The notes beneath the pieces are model-generated. The model saw only the letters and a list, made by a program, of their open reading frames with translations, searched no databases and had not been told where the DNA came from. Positions 9,718 to 19,358 of a stretch of DNA of 64,000 nucleotides are shown piece by piece (within the stretch, counting starts at the first letter, position 1; every line of letters starts with the position of its first letter). The position numbers and the translations under genes were made by a program. The DNA comes from Hyphomonadaceae bacterium (lineage in GTDB: Bacteria > Pseudomonadota > Alphaproteobacteria > Caulobacterales > Hyphomonadaceae), in the NCBI GenBank assembly GCA_041398245.1, contig JAWKVC010000013.1:4104-68103 (forward strand), read 5' to 3'.

Positions 9718-10998
9718 TCAGTGTGATGCAGCGCGCAGCGCTGTAACGACGTCTGCGGCTGCCTCTACGACAGCTTCTGGATTGTCGCGCTGGATGTAAT
9801 GGCTGGCGCCGGGAACGAACCGATGCCAGGATTGTTGCGACAGCGCAGCCATTTCTGTGTGCATCTCTTCCCAGATCTTCCGCATGTTGGCGCGATCTTC
9901 GGCCGTGAAGTCCGTCGGCATATCGCGCTCGTAATCCGTCCGTGTAAGGACGACGAGCGGCATGTCGCCATAGGAGCGATGCGAAGCAGTCAGCTGCTGC
10001 GTTGATGCGCCAGGCATCTGTTCGATTTCTGAAAGCGTCGCCTCCATGGCGTCGGGATCGTTGCCGCCGCATTGTTGCGCCAGCGGATCGTTGGGCGGGG
10101 CTGGCGCCACGCGCAGACGATTGACGCAATCAAGCTCGGCCTGCGCACTCGACTGCGCCGCCTGCAATTCTGCAAGCTTGGGGATCGCCGCATTGAAACG
10201 TTCGAGCTGCCCGTCGCCAGACGGATCGATGAGCACCATGCCGCCGACCTTGTCCGGAAAGGTGTTGGCGAACAGCCGCACATGATAGCTGCCGAGCGAA
10301 TGGCCGATCAGCACATAGGGCGGCGGAAGCTTTGCTGCGGTCAGCATTCCGTCCATGTCGGCGACAACGGCGGCCGCATTGCGCGGCATTGGCCCCGGAT
10401 CGCTGAGGCCGCGACCGGCGCGATCATAGGCGCAGACGCGCGTTTGCGCCTTGTCAGCGATGGCGACGGCGATAGCGCCCCAGTCCTTCTTCACCGTTCC
10501 TCCGGCCCCGTAGTCGAGCACGACCACAGGCGAGCCTTCTCCGGTGCAGACCATATGCATGCGCCGCCCGTCGGGAAGCACAACAAACTGGCCGCCTGTC
10601 TCTACAATCGCTTCGGCGCGTGGCGTGAGGACAACCTCCGCCGCCTCTGAACCCGGCTCGCTCCAGCGGCCGCGCCACTCGCTGTCTGGCTGCAGGCTGG
10701 CCGTGTACGAGACGCCCAGCGCCGGGGCGATGAAGCGCACATCGCCATCAGCTTGATCAGGCGGCAGAACGCGAAGAGCGACCGCGCTGCCGTCCGCCAG
10801 CACCAGCCTGCCGGCCTTCGCATGTTCGGTGTCATGCATATTCACGCCGAGATAGCGCGCACCGAAGGCGGGGTCGGAAAGCGCGAACCACTCGTCGCTG
10901 TAAGCCTCAGGCCGCACAGGCGCCTGATCGGCGGCCGGATTGCTGCAGGCGGAAAGACCCAGGCACCCCGCCAAACCCGCAACGACCAACCGGTTCAT
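9718..10998 (-). CDS. Alpha/beta hydrolase lipoprotein
   Basis: Lipobox LAGCLGLSAC at MNRLVVAG, nucleophile elbow GHSLGS, conserved Asp/His region near the C-terminus (GASHYIQRD). Confidence 0.85.
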   Translation of the reverse strand: MNRLVVAGLAGCLGLSACSNPAADQAPVRPEAYSDEWFALSDPAFGARYLGVNMHDTEHAKAGRLVLADGSAVALRVLPPDQADGDVRFIAPALGVSYTASLQPDSEWRGRWSEPGSEAAEVVLTPRAEAIVETGGQFVVLPDGRRMHMVCTGEGSPVVVLDYGAGGTVKKDWGAIAVAIADKAQTRVCAYDRAGRGLSDPGPMPRNAAAVVADMDGMLTAAKLPPPYVLIGHSLGSYHVRLFANTFPDKVGGMVLIDPSGDGQLERFNAAIPKLAELQAAQSSAQAELDCVNRLRVAPAPPNDPLAQQCGGNDPDAMEATLSEIEQMPGASTQQLTASHRSYGDMPLVVLTRTDYERDMPTDFTAEDRANMRKIWEEMHTEMAALSQQSWHRFVPGASHYIQRDNPEAVVEAAADVVTALRAASH

Positions 10999-11097
10999 GC
11001 CGTCCCCTCCAATATCCGCGACTGCTGACAGATCATTATCAGCAGCCTCCGGCAATGCCGTTTGAACGCGAGCCCGGGCTGCCTTACCTATGCGGCC

Positions 11098-13155
11098 ATG
11101 GAATCGCGCGACCCCGCTGACAACGCCGATCCGCCGGAAGATCCCGCCGAAGACCTTGAACACGAGGCCGAGGACACGCTTCCGCCGGAGACCGAGATGG
11201 AACCCGAGGAAATCTCCTCCGGGATCGATCTCAATGCGCCCGAGGCCGGCAGGAAGCGGCGCATGTCCGGCCCCGATGTCATCCGCGATCAGGTGACACG
11301 CCTGCCGGGCAAGCCGGGCGTCTATCGCATGTATGGCGAGACCGGCGAGCTTCTCTATGTCGGCAAGGCGCGCAATCTCAAGGCGCGCGTTTCGAGCTAC
11401 GCCAAGATCGGCGGACAGACCCAACGCATCGCGCGGATGATCTCGCTCACACGCGCTATGGAATTCGTGGTCACGGCCAGCGAGACCGAGGCGCTGCTTC
11501 TCGAAGCCAACCTCATCAAGAAGCTGAAGCCACGCTTCAACATCATCCTGCGTGACGACAAGAGCTTCCCGCACATCCTGATCCGCGAAGACCATGAAGC
11601 GCCGCAGGCGCTGAAGCATCGCGGCGCCAAGCGCATCAAGGGGCGATATTTCGGCCCGTTCGCATCAGCAGGCGCCGTCGACCAGACGCTGGATACGCTG
11701 CAGAAGGCCTTCCTGCTGCGCACCTGCACCGACAATATCTACTCGACGCGGTCCCGCCCCTGCATGCTGCACCAGATGGGACGCTGCTCAGCGCCGTGCG
11801 TCGGTCTGATCCCGCTCGATGAATACCGCGACCTTGTGCGCGAAGCGGAACGCTTTCTCGATGGCGACGCCGAAACGCTGCTGGAACAGCTCGCGGCACA
11901 GATGGAGCGCGCGGCGTCGAACATGGATTATGAGCGCGCCGCCCGACTACGCGACCGCATCCGCGCCCTCTCCGCCGTGCGCCAGAGCCAGAGCGTCAAT
12001 CCGGATGGCCTCGTCGAAGCGGACGTGTTCGCGATCCACTCGGAGGCCGGCCAGTCCGCCGTGCAGGCCTTCTTCTTCCGCGCCGGCCAGAACTGGGGCG
12101 CGACGGTCTGGTATCCCAAGCACGATCGCGATGACACGTCCGAACAGGTGCTGACCGCCTTCATAGCGCAATTCTACGACGACAAGCCCGTGCCGAAGCT
12201 GCTCCTTCTCAGCCACGAGATCGAGGAAGAGGAACTGATGACCGAAGCGCTCGAGCTGAAGGCCGGGCACAAGGTCGAAATCCGCACGCCGAAGCGCGGC
12301 GAGAAGCGGGGGATTGTCGGACAGGCCCTTCTCAACGCGCGCGAGGCGCTGGGCCGCAAGCTGGCCGAAACGCAGAGCCAGCAGAAAATCCTCGCCGCCG
12401 TGCAGAAGGTGTTCGATCTGGCCGAACCGCCCCGGCGCATCGAGGTCTACGACAACTCCCACATCATGGGCACGAACATGGTGGGCGGCATGGTCGTGGC
12501 GGGGCCGGAGGGGTTTGAGAAGACGAGCTATCGCAAGTTCAACATCAAGGACGACGACATCGAACCCGGCGACGACTACGGCATGATGCGCGAGGTGATG
12601 CGCCGCCGCTTCTCGCGCCTGAAGAAGGAGTGGGAGGAAGCCAACACGTCCGCTTCCGACAATCCGGAGGAAACGTCTGAGCGCCGCAGGCCAGACGCCT
12701 GGCCGGATCTCGTCCTGATCGACGGCGGTCTCGGCCAGCTTGGCGCAGCGAAGGAGGCCATCGAAGCGGTCGGCTTCGCGCCCGGAGAGCTCAATCTCGT
12801 CGCCATCGCCAAGGGGCCGGATCGCAACGCCGGACGCGAGCAGTTCTTCCGCCCCGGCCGCGCGCCGTTCCAGCTGCCGCCAAACGATCCGGCGCTCTAC
12901 TATCTCCAGCGCCTGCGCGATGAAGCACACCGGTGGGCCATCGGCGCGCACCGCGCCAAACGCTCCGCAGCCATCACCGGACAGAACCCGCTGGATGAGA
13001 TTCCCGGCGTCGGCCAGCGGCGCAAGAAGGCCCTGCTCCATCGCTTCGGCTCGGCCCGGGGCGTAAGCCGCGCAACGGTTGCCGATCTCCAGACGGTTGA
13101 AGGCGTCAACGCGGCGCTGGCCCAGCGCATTTACGATCACTTCCACGGGGGCTGA
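11098..13155 (+). CDS. uvrC: Excinuclease ABC subunit C
   Basis: GIY-YIG (GVYRMYGE..LLYVGKARNLKARV), UVR domain (YERAARLRDRIRAL), endonuclease domain (IEVYDNSHIMG) and C-terminal HhH (IPGVGQRRKKALLHRFGS). It has an acidic N-terminal extension, and the start is uncertain (11062, 11098 or later). Confidence 0.95.
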   Translation: MESRDPADNADPPEDPAEDLEHEAEDTLPPETEMEPEEISSGIDLNAPEAGRKRRMSGPDVIRDQVTRLPGKPGVYRMYGETGELLYVGKARNLKARVSSYAKIGGQTQRIARMISLTRAMEFVVTASETEALLLEANLIKKLKPRFNIILRDDKSFPHILIREDHEAPQALKHRGAKRIKGRYFGPFASAGAVDQTLDTLQKAFLLRTCTDNIYSTRSRPCMLHQMGRCSAPCVGLIPLDEYRDLVREAERFLDGDAETLLEQLAAQMERAASNMDYERAARLRDRIRALSAVRQSQSVNPDGLVEADVFAIHSEAGQSAVQAFFFRAGQNWGATVWYPKHDRDDTSEQVLTAFIAQFYDDKPVPKLLLLSHEIEEEELMTEALELKAGHKVEIRTPKRGEKRGIVGQALLNAREALGRKLAETQSQQKILAAVQKVFDLAEPPRRIEVYDNSHIMGTNMVGGMVVAGPEGFEKTSYRKFNIKDDDIEPGDDYGMMREVMRRRFSRLKKEWEEANTSASDNPEETSERRRPDAWPDLVLIDGGLGQLGAAKEAIEAVGFAPGELNLVAIAKGPDRNAGREQFFRPGRAPFQLPPNDPALYYLQRLRDEAHRWAIGAHRAKRSAAITGQNPLDEIPGVGQRRKKALLHRFGSARGVSRATVADLQTVEGVNAALAQRIYDHFHGG

Positions 13156-13162
13156 CCACTGC

Positions 13163-13182
13163 GGTTCCCGCTTTCGGGAACC
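13163..13182 (+). terminator. Hairpin downstream of uvrC
   Basis: GGTTCCCG-CTTT-CGGGAACC, perfect 8-bp stem. No T-tract. Confidence 0.4.
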
Positions 13183-13258
13183 CGCATCGCCTGCCACATT
13201 CAGGTCCGATTCATCGGCAATCCATAGCCTTCAAGCGTTCGCAATCAGGTGGGGACAC

Positions 13259-13909
13259 ATGCGTCACGTCAGCAGTCTTGCCCCGGCCGCCTGTCTTGCC
13301 GCCCTCCTTTTCACGACGCTGCCCGCCGCGGCGCAGACGGGGTCCAGCGCCGCCAGCGCCAACGCCACGCGCGTCATCCCGATCCAGCCGCCCCAGTCAG
13401 ATCCGGAGCCGCGCTCCGGCGCCTACGCGATGCTGGTCGATTTCTCGCGCGGCTTCGTCACGGCGCAGACGCAGTACAGCGCCAACGTGATCTCCGACAC
13501 GTTCGCGGCGGCGCTGCAGCGGTCGCGCGACGCGGTGCGTGAGAACTCCCAGCCGATCCCCGAAGCCGTACGCAAGGGCCTGCTCCCCTTCTTCACCGAG
13601 GAAATGCTGAGCGGCGTTCGCTACACCATCGGCGACACCAGCCAGACCGGTCTCGCCGGTTTTGCGATCCGCAATGGAAATGCCGCCGCGGTCACGCTGA
13701 TCGACACGATCGTCTTCAAGGACGAGAAGTACGTGAACAGCCTTGCCCTGTGGGCGCACGAAATGCACCACATCGAGCAGTATCGCGACTGGGGCGTTGC
13801 CGGCTTTGCCGCGCGCTATGCCTTCGGCTGGAAGGATGTCGAGGCGGAAGCCTCCGCCCGGGCAAAGGACTTCGTCACCTGGTATCGCGCGCACGCGGGC
13901 GGCCAATAG
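13259..13909 (+). CDS. Secreted DUF4157-like putative zinc-metalloprotein
   Basis: Signal peptide MRHVSSLAPAACLAALLFTTLPAAAQ. LSGVRYTIGD...AAAVTLIDTIVFKDEKY...LWAHEMHHIEQY follows the DUF4157 pattern ending in an HExxH-like motif. Confidence 0.6.
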   Translation: MRHVSSLAPAACLAALLFTTLPAAAQTGSSAASANATRVIPIQPPQSDPEPRSGAYAMLVDFSRGFVTAQTQYSANVISDTFAAALQRSRDAVRENSQPIPEAVRKGLLPFFTEEMLSGVRYTIGDTSQTGLAGFAIRNGNAAAVTLIDTIVFKDEKYVNSLALWAHEMHHIEQYRDWGVAGFAARYAFGWKDVEAEASARAKDFVTWYRAHAGGQ

Positions 13910-13968
13910 GCTTTCGCTTTCACTGAAATTGGCGGATTGTCTCTCCCTACGGGGAGAGAAACATATCC

Positions 13969-15000
13969 ATGGCCGAAGCGATCATCGAACCCGATCTTCC
14001 GATCATCGACCCGCACCATCACCTGTGGGACCGGCGGCCCGTGATGCACCTGATCCCGCCGCCCAAGCATCCGTTCGAACACATCAGCTATCGCAAGGGC
14101 CATTACCTGCTCGACCAGCTGCTGGAAGACACAGGCTCGGGCCACAACATCGTCGCCACGGTCTATCTCGAATGCCGTTCAATGTATCGCGCCGAAGGCC
14201 CGGCCGAGATGAAGCCGGTCGGCGAGACGGAGTTCGTCAACGGCGTCGCCGCCATGGCGGCCAGTGGACTCTACGGCAAGACGCTGGCCTGCGCCGGCAT
14301 TGTCAGCCACTCAGAACTGCTGCTCGGCGCGGACGTCGGCCGCGTGCTCGATGCGCATATGGCGGCAAGTCCGCGCTTCAAGGGAATCCGCCGCTCGACC
14401 TCGTATGACGCCGACCCTGATGTGCTGGGCCCGCTCAACCGCAATCCGCCCGGCGTGATGATGGAGCCGAAATTCCGCGAGGGCTTTGCCGAGCTCGGCA
14501 AGCGCGGACTTTCCTACGACGCCTGGCTGCTGGAGCCGCAGCTGCCGGAAGTGATCGACCTTGCGCGGCAATTCCCGGACACGCCCATCGTACTCGACCA
14601 TGTCGGCACGCCGCTGGGCTATGCCGGCTACACGGGCAAACTGCCCGAACGGTTCAATATCTGGCGCGAGAACATCCACGAGCTGGCGAAGAGTCCGAAT
14701 GTGCATGTGAAGCTGGGCGGGCTCGCCATGCCGTTCTGCAACTTCCCCTCCATGCTCTCCGAGGCGCGGGCGCCATCGGAACAACTGGCGAAGGAATGGG
14801 CCCCCTATGTCGAAACCTGCATCGAGGCGTTCGGCGCCAAGCGAGCAATGTTCGAAAGCAACTTCCCGGTCGATGAAGTCAGCTGCGATTATCCGACGCT
14901 GTGGAACGCGCTGAAGCTGATCGCGAAGGGCGCCAGCGCGGAAGAGAAGCACGAACTGTTCTATGGCGCGGCCAACAGGTTCTACAAGCTGGGGTTGTAG
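13969..15000 (+). CDS. Amidohydrolase-2 family (TIM-barrel metal-dependent hydrolase)
   Basis: IIDPHHHLWD at the N-terminus, VLDHVGTP and FESNFPVD motifs typical of PF04909-type hydrolases. Confidence 0.85.
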   Translation: MAEAIIEPDLPIIDPHHHLWDRRPVMHLIPPPKHPFEHISYRKGHYLLDQLLEDTGSGHNIVATVYLECRSMYRAEGPAEMKPVGETEFVNGVAAMAASGLYGKTLACAGIVSHSELLLGADVGRVLDAHMAASPRFKGIRRSTSYDADPDVLGPLNRNPPGVMMEPKFREGFAELGKRGLSYDAWLLEPQLPEVIDLARQFPDTPIVLDHVGTPLGYAGYTGKLPERFNIWRENIHELAKSPNVHVKLGGLAMPFCNFPSMLSEARAPSEQLAKEWAPYVETCIEAFGAKRAMFESNFPVDEVSCDYPTLWNALKLIAKGASAEEKHELFYGAANRFYKLGL

Positions 15001-15002
15001 CG

Positions 15003-16170
15003 ATGAATTTCGAACTCGCTGAAGAACACAGGATGCTGCAGGATCTCGTCGCACGCTTCGTGCGCGAGAACCTGATCCCGCTCGAACAGAAAGTCCTGGA
15101 GCGTGACGCGCACGGACAGGGCGCCTATCTTTCTCACGAGGAACGCGATCGTATCGACGCTGCCTCGCGCGACATGGGCCTCTGGGGGCTTGATGCGCCG
15201 GAGGATGTCGGCGGCGCCGATCTACCGACCGTGGCGATGATTGGCGTCAACATCGAGATGGGGAAGACCTGCGTTCCCTATCACCTGCCGCCGGACTCGC
15301 CCAACCTGCGCATGCTGATGGCGACCGTGAACGAGGACCAGCGCGAGCGTTATCTCGCGCCCTATGTCCAGAAGGGCACGGTCTCGGCCATCGGCATTTC
15401 CGAGCCCGGCGCAGGCGCCGACCCCGCCTCAATGATCACCCGCGCCGTGCGCGAGGGCGATGAGTGGGTCATCAACGGCCGCAAGATCTGGATCAGCCGT
15501 GCGCAGGAAGCCGACTTCACCATCTCATGGCCGTCACCGATAAGCACAAAGGCGCGCGCGGCGGCATCAGCGCGTTTCTGGTCGATCGCCTGGAACGCCC
15601 GGCTTCAACGTGCTGCGGCGCATTCCCATGCTGGGCGGGCAATTCACATACGAGGTCGCGCTCGAAAACTGCCGCGTGCCGGCCGCGAACCTGCTGGGCG
15701 TCGAGGGCCAGGGCTTTGCACCGATGCAGGTGCGTCTCTCAACGCGACGACTGCAGATGGCCTCATGGTCCATCGGCATGGCGCATCGCGCGCTTGACAT
15801 GATGATCGACTACGCGCCGCAGCGCGTGGTGTTCGGCGAACCACTGGCCAACCGGCAAGCGATCCAGTGGTGGATCGCGGACGCCTACACAAAGATCACG
15901 GCCGCGACGCTGATGACCTATGAGACGGCGTGGAAGCTGGACCGACAAGCCGATGTGCGCACCGAAATCTCCGCCGTGAAAGCCTTCGCGACAGAGATGG
16001 CGTACGAGGTGCTCGATCACGCCATGCAGATGTATGGCGCGATGGGCGTCACCAAGGAGCTGCCGCTGTCGCTGATGCAGGCGCAGATGCGCACCATGCG
16101 CATCTACGACGGCCCCACCGAGGTGCATAAGTGGGTCGTCGCACGGAACCTGCTCGGGCTGACGCGATAG
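15003..16170 (+). pseudogene. Acyl-CoA dehydrogenase with two frameshifts
   Basis: The N-terminal 173 aa are in one frame (ISEPGAGADPASMITRAVREGDEWVINGRKIWISRAQEADFTI). MAVTDKHKGARGGISAFLVDR follows in a second frame (shift near 15522-15527). GTPGFNVLRRIPMLGG...GPTEVHKWVVARNLLGL follows in a third (shift near 15590). Both shifts look like single-base losses. Confidence 0.8.
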
Positions 16171-16203
16171 GAGGCAGCGCGTGGGCCGCCCCCTCGTCTA
16201 TCG

Positions 16204-16974
16204 TCATGCAGCCTGACGTACGCCGTTGGCATAGGCGTTGGCGACAATGCCGGTCAGCTGCCGGGTAAAGTTGTGCGCGACCGGCAGGTGTGCCGAAAGA
16301 ACAGCCCGCGGCTCAAGCGCTTCGACTGCAGCAAGCTTCCGGCGTAGCGCCGCAACATCATGATCGCCTAGCCACGGCGCATCGATGGCCGACCAGTTCG
16401 TCATCCCGCCCGCCAGCGTACGCTCATCGACGTCCGAAAGCCGGTCGATCGGACCGGGCAGAACCGCGCCGAAACTGTCAGCGGAGAACAGCGCGCGGTC
16501 TGTTTCGTCATAGAAGCCCATGGTTTCCGGCGCGTCGTAGTAGACGGGGCGCATGGCCGTCAGCTTCCGTCCGGCGATGTCGATGCTCTCACCGGGCTGC
16601 ATCAGATGAACCCGCGGCAGCTGGATATTGACGAGACCCAGCTTGGCCACTCCGAGGAAGTTGGTGATCACAGTTGCATTGGGCGCACGCTCCAGAACGC
16701 GCGTCAGATTGCCGATATGGTCCCAGTCCATGTGGCTGAGCCAGATCCAGCGCAGCGCGGCCGGATCGACGACGGATTCGAGCCCGGCGACGAACGCGTC
16801 GCCAAACGCGCCAACGCCGGTGTCGACCAGCACGGGCTCGGGCCCTTTCAGCACGAAGGCGTTGATCGGTATCGCGCCAAGGTCGCCTACCGGCGCCCAT
16901 GCCGGCAGGACGCTCCAGTCGCCATGCGCGGCTTCAGCGGATTTCAGGATTGGCGTTTCGAGAGCGGAGGTCAT
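16204..16974 (-). CDS. MBL-fold metallo-hydrolase
   Basis: 256 aa from MTSALETP. Beta-lactamase fold with variant metal motif WLSHMDWDHIGN. Divergent from a TetR gene. Confidence 0.8.
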   Translation of the reverse strand: MTSALETPILKSAEAAHGDWSVLPAWAPVGDLGAIPINAFVLKGPEPVLVDTGVGAFGDAFVAGLESVVDPAALRWIWLSHMDWDHIGNLTRVLERAPNATVITNFLGVAKLGLVNIQLPRVHLMQPGESIDIAGRKLTAMRPVYYDAPETMGFYDETDRALFSADSFGAVLPGPIDRLSDVDERTLAGGMTNWSAIDAPWLGDHDVAALRRKLAAVEALEPRAVLSAHLPVAHNFTRQLTGIVANAYANGVRQAA

Positions 16975-17011
16975 GGGAATGTTCCCTTGTTTTTGTTTTT
17001 CTTGTTGTTTT

Positions 17012-17033
17012 CGGTGAACATACCTGTTCACCG
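17012..17033. promoter_or_regulatory. Perfect 9-4-9 inverted repeat, candidate TetR operator
   Basis: CGGTGAACA-TACC-TGTTCACCG lies in the 122-bp divergent intergenic region. The half-site GGTGAACA recurs at 17075-17082, just upstream of the TetR start. Confidence 0.5.
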
Positions 17034-17096
17034 GATATGCAGATGCGCCGTCGCGCCGCAATTGTCAAGAATTGGGTGAACAGTTATGTTTATCCA

Positions 17097-17696
17097 ATGT
17101 CGAAGAAACGCTCCTACACACTGAAGCAACGCGCCGAGTCTCAGGACGCGACGCGCCAGCGCATCGTCGAGGCGGCGATGCAGCTGCACGGCGAAATCGG
17201 CCCGCGCGCCACATCAGTCTGTGCAATTGCTGACCGCGCCGGCGTCCAGCGCCTCACCGTCTATCGGCACTTCCCCACGGATGCGGATGTCTTCGCAGCC
17301 TGCTCTGCCCACTTTCTCGAGCTGAATCCGCCGCCTGATCCGGCGCAGTGGCAGACGCAGCAGGATCCGCTTGAGCGTACGCGCGTCGCCCTCGCCGCCT
17401 TCTATGCCTATTACGCACGAACGGCGTACATGTGGGGGCGCGTGCTGGCCGACGAAGCGGCCGTTCCCGCACTGGCGGGGCCGGTCGGCGGCTACCGCCA
17501 GATGATCATCGATCTGGCTTGCGATCTTGCCGGCGCCTTCAAGGCCGGCCGGCGCAAGCGCCAACTCGCTGCTACGCTGGAACACGCCCTGTTCTTCCCG
17601 ACATGGGCCGATCTCGACAGCCGCGGCCTCAGCGATCGCGACAAGGTCTCGCTGGTTCTGTCCTGGGTCTCTGGCGCGCTCGGCAATCCGGATTGA
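17097..17696 (+). CDS. TetR family transcriptional regulator
   Basis: HTH IVEAAMQLHGEIGPRATSVCAIADRAGVQRLTVYRHFP. Confidence 0.85.
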   Translation: MSKKRSYTLKQRAESQDATRQRIVEAAMQLHGEIGPRATSVCAIADRAGVQRLTVYRHFPTDADVFAACSAHFLELNPPPDPAQWQTQQDPLERTRVALAAFYAYYARTAYMWGRVLADEAAVPALAGPVGGYRQMIIDLACDLAGAFKAGRRKRQLAATLEHALFFPTWADLDSRGLSDRDKVSLVLSWVSGALGNPD

Positions 17697-17763
17697 TCAG
17701 TGCTTGTTGCTCCTGATCCGGCGGGCATAGACTGTTCGGAAAATCAGATCCGGGAGGGGCATA

Positions 17764-18573
17764 TTGAGCCAGACAATCTTTATCACCGGCGCATCGACGG
17801 GCCTTGGCCGCGCGACCGCGAAGTTGTTTGCGGCGAAAGGCTGGAAAGTGATCGCGACAATGCGCGATCCTTCCAGGGAGATCGAACTCCAGACCATTCC
17901 CGGCGTCACGGTCCTGCCGCTTGACGTCACCAACCTTGCGCAGATCAAGGACACAGTGGCAAAGGCTCTGGCGCTTGGCCCCGTGGATGTCATCTTCAAC
18001 AATGCGGGCTATGGCCTCGCCGGCGCGTTCGAGGGCGCAAGCGACGAGCAGCTGCAGACCCAGCTCAACACCAACCTGCTTGGGGTCATGCGGGTGACGC
18101 AGGCATTCTTGCCTGCCTTGCGCGAACAGAAGAGCGGCACAATCCTCACGACAACATCGATTGGCGGGCTGGCGACGTTTCCGTTCAACTCCGTCTACCA
18201 TGCGACCAAATGGGCGCTGGAGGGCTGGAGTGAGAGTCTCGCCTATGAACTCGCGCCGTTCGGCATCCGTGTGCGGACGCTGGCGCCTGGCGGCATCTCA
18301 ACCGACTTCGGCAGCCGCTCGCTCGTCTTCACACCCCACCCGGCTTACATGGGCGGTATCGAGCGCACCATGCGCACCTTCATGGACCCGGAGCGCCGCA
18401 AGCTTGGTTCAACCGCCGAGCAGATCGCCGAGGAAGCCTATGCTGCGGTCACTGACACCAGCGATCGGGTCACCTTCGTCGCCGGCAACGATGCACGCGC
18501 AACCTACGCCCAGCGGCTTTCCGGCGGAATCGATGCATTCCGAAAGGCGATCCGCGAACGGTTTCTGGGGTGA
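17764..18573 (+). CDS. SDR family oxidoreductase
   Basis: TGASTGLGRATA (TGxxxGxG), NNAG and YHATK (YxxxK). Confidence 0.9.
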   Translation: MSQTIFITGASTGLGRATAKLFAAKGWKVIATMRDPSREIELQTIPGVTVLPLDVTNLAQIKDTVAKALALGPVDVIFNNAGYGLAGAFEGASDEQLQTQLNTNLLGVMRVTQAFLPALREQKSGTILTTTSIGGLATFPFNSVYHATKWALEGWSESLAYELAPFGIRVRTLAPGGISTDFGSRSLVFTPHPAYMGGIERTMRTFMDPERRKLGSTAEQIAEEAYAAVTDTSDRVTFVAGNDARATYAQRLSGGIDAFRKAIRERFLG

Positions 18574-19358
18574 GCGACATGACCAACCGCATCGGCGACG
18601 TGATTATCGCGCGCGACGGCTTCGTGGCGCGCGTCACCATCGACAAGCCGCCGATCAATGCCGTCAGCGTCGATCTGATGCGCGATCTGGCCGACGCGCT
18701 TGAAGTGCTGGATCAGGACGGGACGACCCGCGCCGTCGTGCTGGCGACGACCGGCAAGGTGTTCTGCTCCGGCGCGGATCTTTCCAATCGCACGAGCGAG
18801 GGGCCGATCCCGCAACGGTCGATCAATCCGCTATACGATCAGGCCGTGCGCCTGTTCTCGACGGAGCTGCCGATCGTCGCCGCAGTGCAGGGCGCAGCCA
18901 TCGGCGCGGGGCTCGGGCTCGCAATGGTGGCCGACTTCCGCGTGGCGGCGCCCGAGGCGCGCTTCGCCGCCAACTTCGCCAAGCTTGGCTTCCATCCGGG
19001 CTTTGGCCTCACCCATACGCTGCCACGTCTTATTGGGCCACAGAACGCCGCACGCATGTTCCTCACCGGTGCGCGCTTCGACGCGGAGACCGCGAACCGC
19101 ATGGGCCTCGCCGATGAGGTTGTTCCGCTCGATCAGCTCCTGCCCCGCGCACATGCGCTTGCTGGATCGATTGCGGAGAATGCGCCGCTGGCCGTGCGCT
19201 CCACCCGCAAGACCTTGCGCAGCGATCTCGCCGCCGCCGTGCGCGCGGCGACCGATCACGAATTCTCCGAACAGCAATGGCTGATGAAGACCGACGACTT
19301 CAGGGAAGGCGTGAAGGCCGTCACCGAACGCCGGCCGGGGAATTTCAAGGGCAGCTAG
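18570..19358 (+). CDS. Enoyl-CoA hydratase/isomerase (crotonase) family
   Basis: VVLATTGKVFCSGADL, AAVQGAAIGAGLGLAMVADFRV, DFREGVKAVTERRPGNFKG. GTGA overlap with the SDR gene. Confidence 0.9.
   Translation: MSDMTNRIGDVIIARDGFVARVTIDKPPINAVSVDLMRDLADALEVLDQDGTTRAVVLATTGKVFCSGADLSNRTSEGPIPQRSINPLYDQAVRLFSTELPIVAAVQGAAIGAGLGLAMVADFRVAAPEARFAANFAKLGFHPGFGLTHTLPRLIGPQNAARMFLTGARFDAETANRMGLADEVVPLDQLLPRAHALAGSIAENAPLAVRSTRKTLRSDLAAAVRAATDHEFSEQQWLMKTDDFREGVKAVTERRPGNFKGS

Noticed and set aside
11022-11045. Inverted repeat CTGCTGA-N10-TCAGCAG upstream of uvrC as an SOS/LexA box.
   Set aside because: It does not match the alphaproteobacterial GTTC-N7-GTTC direct-repeat LexA motif. It is only a 7-bp stem, so it is left unannotated.
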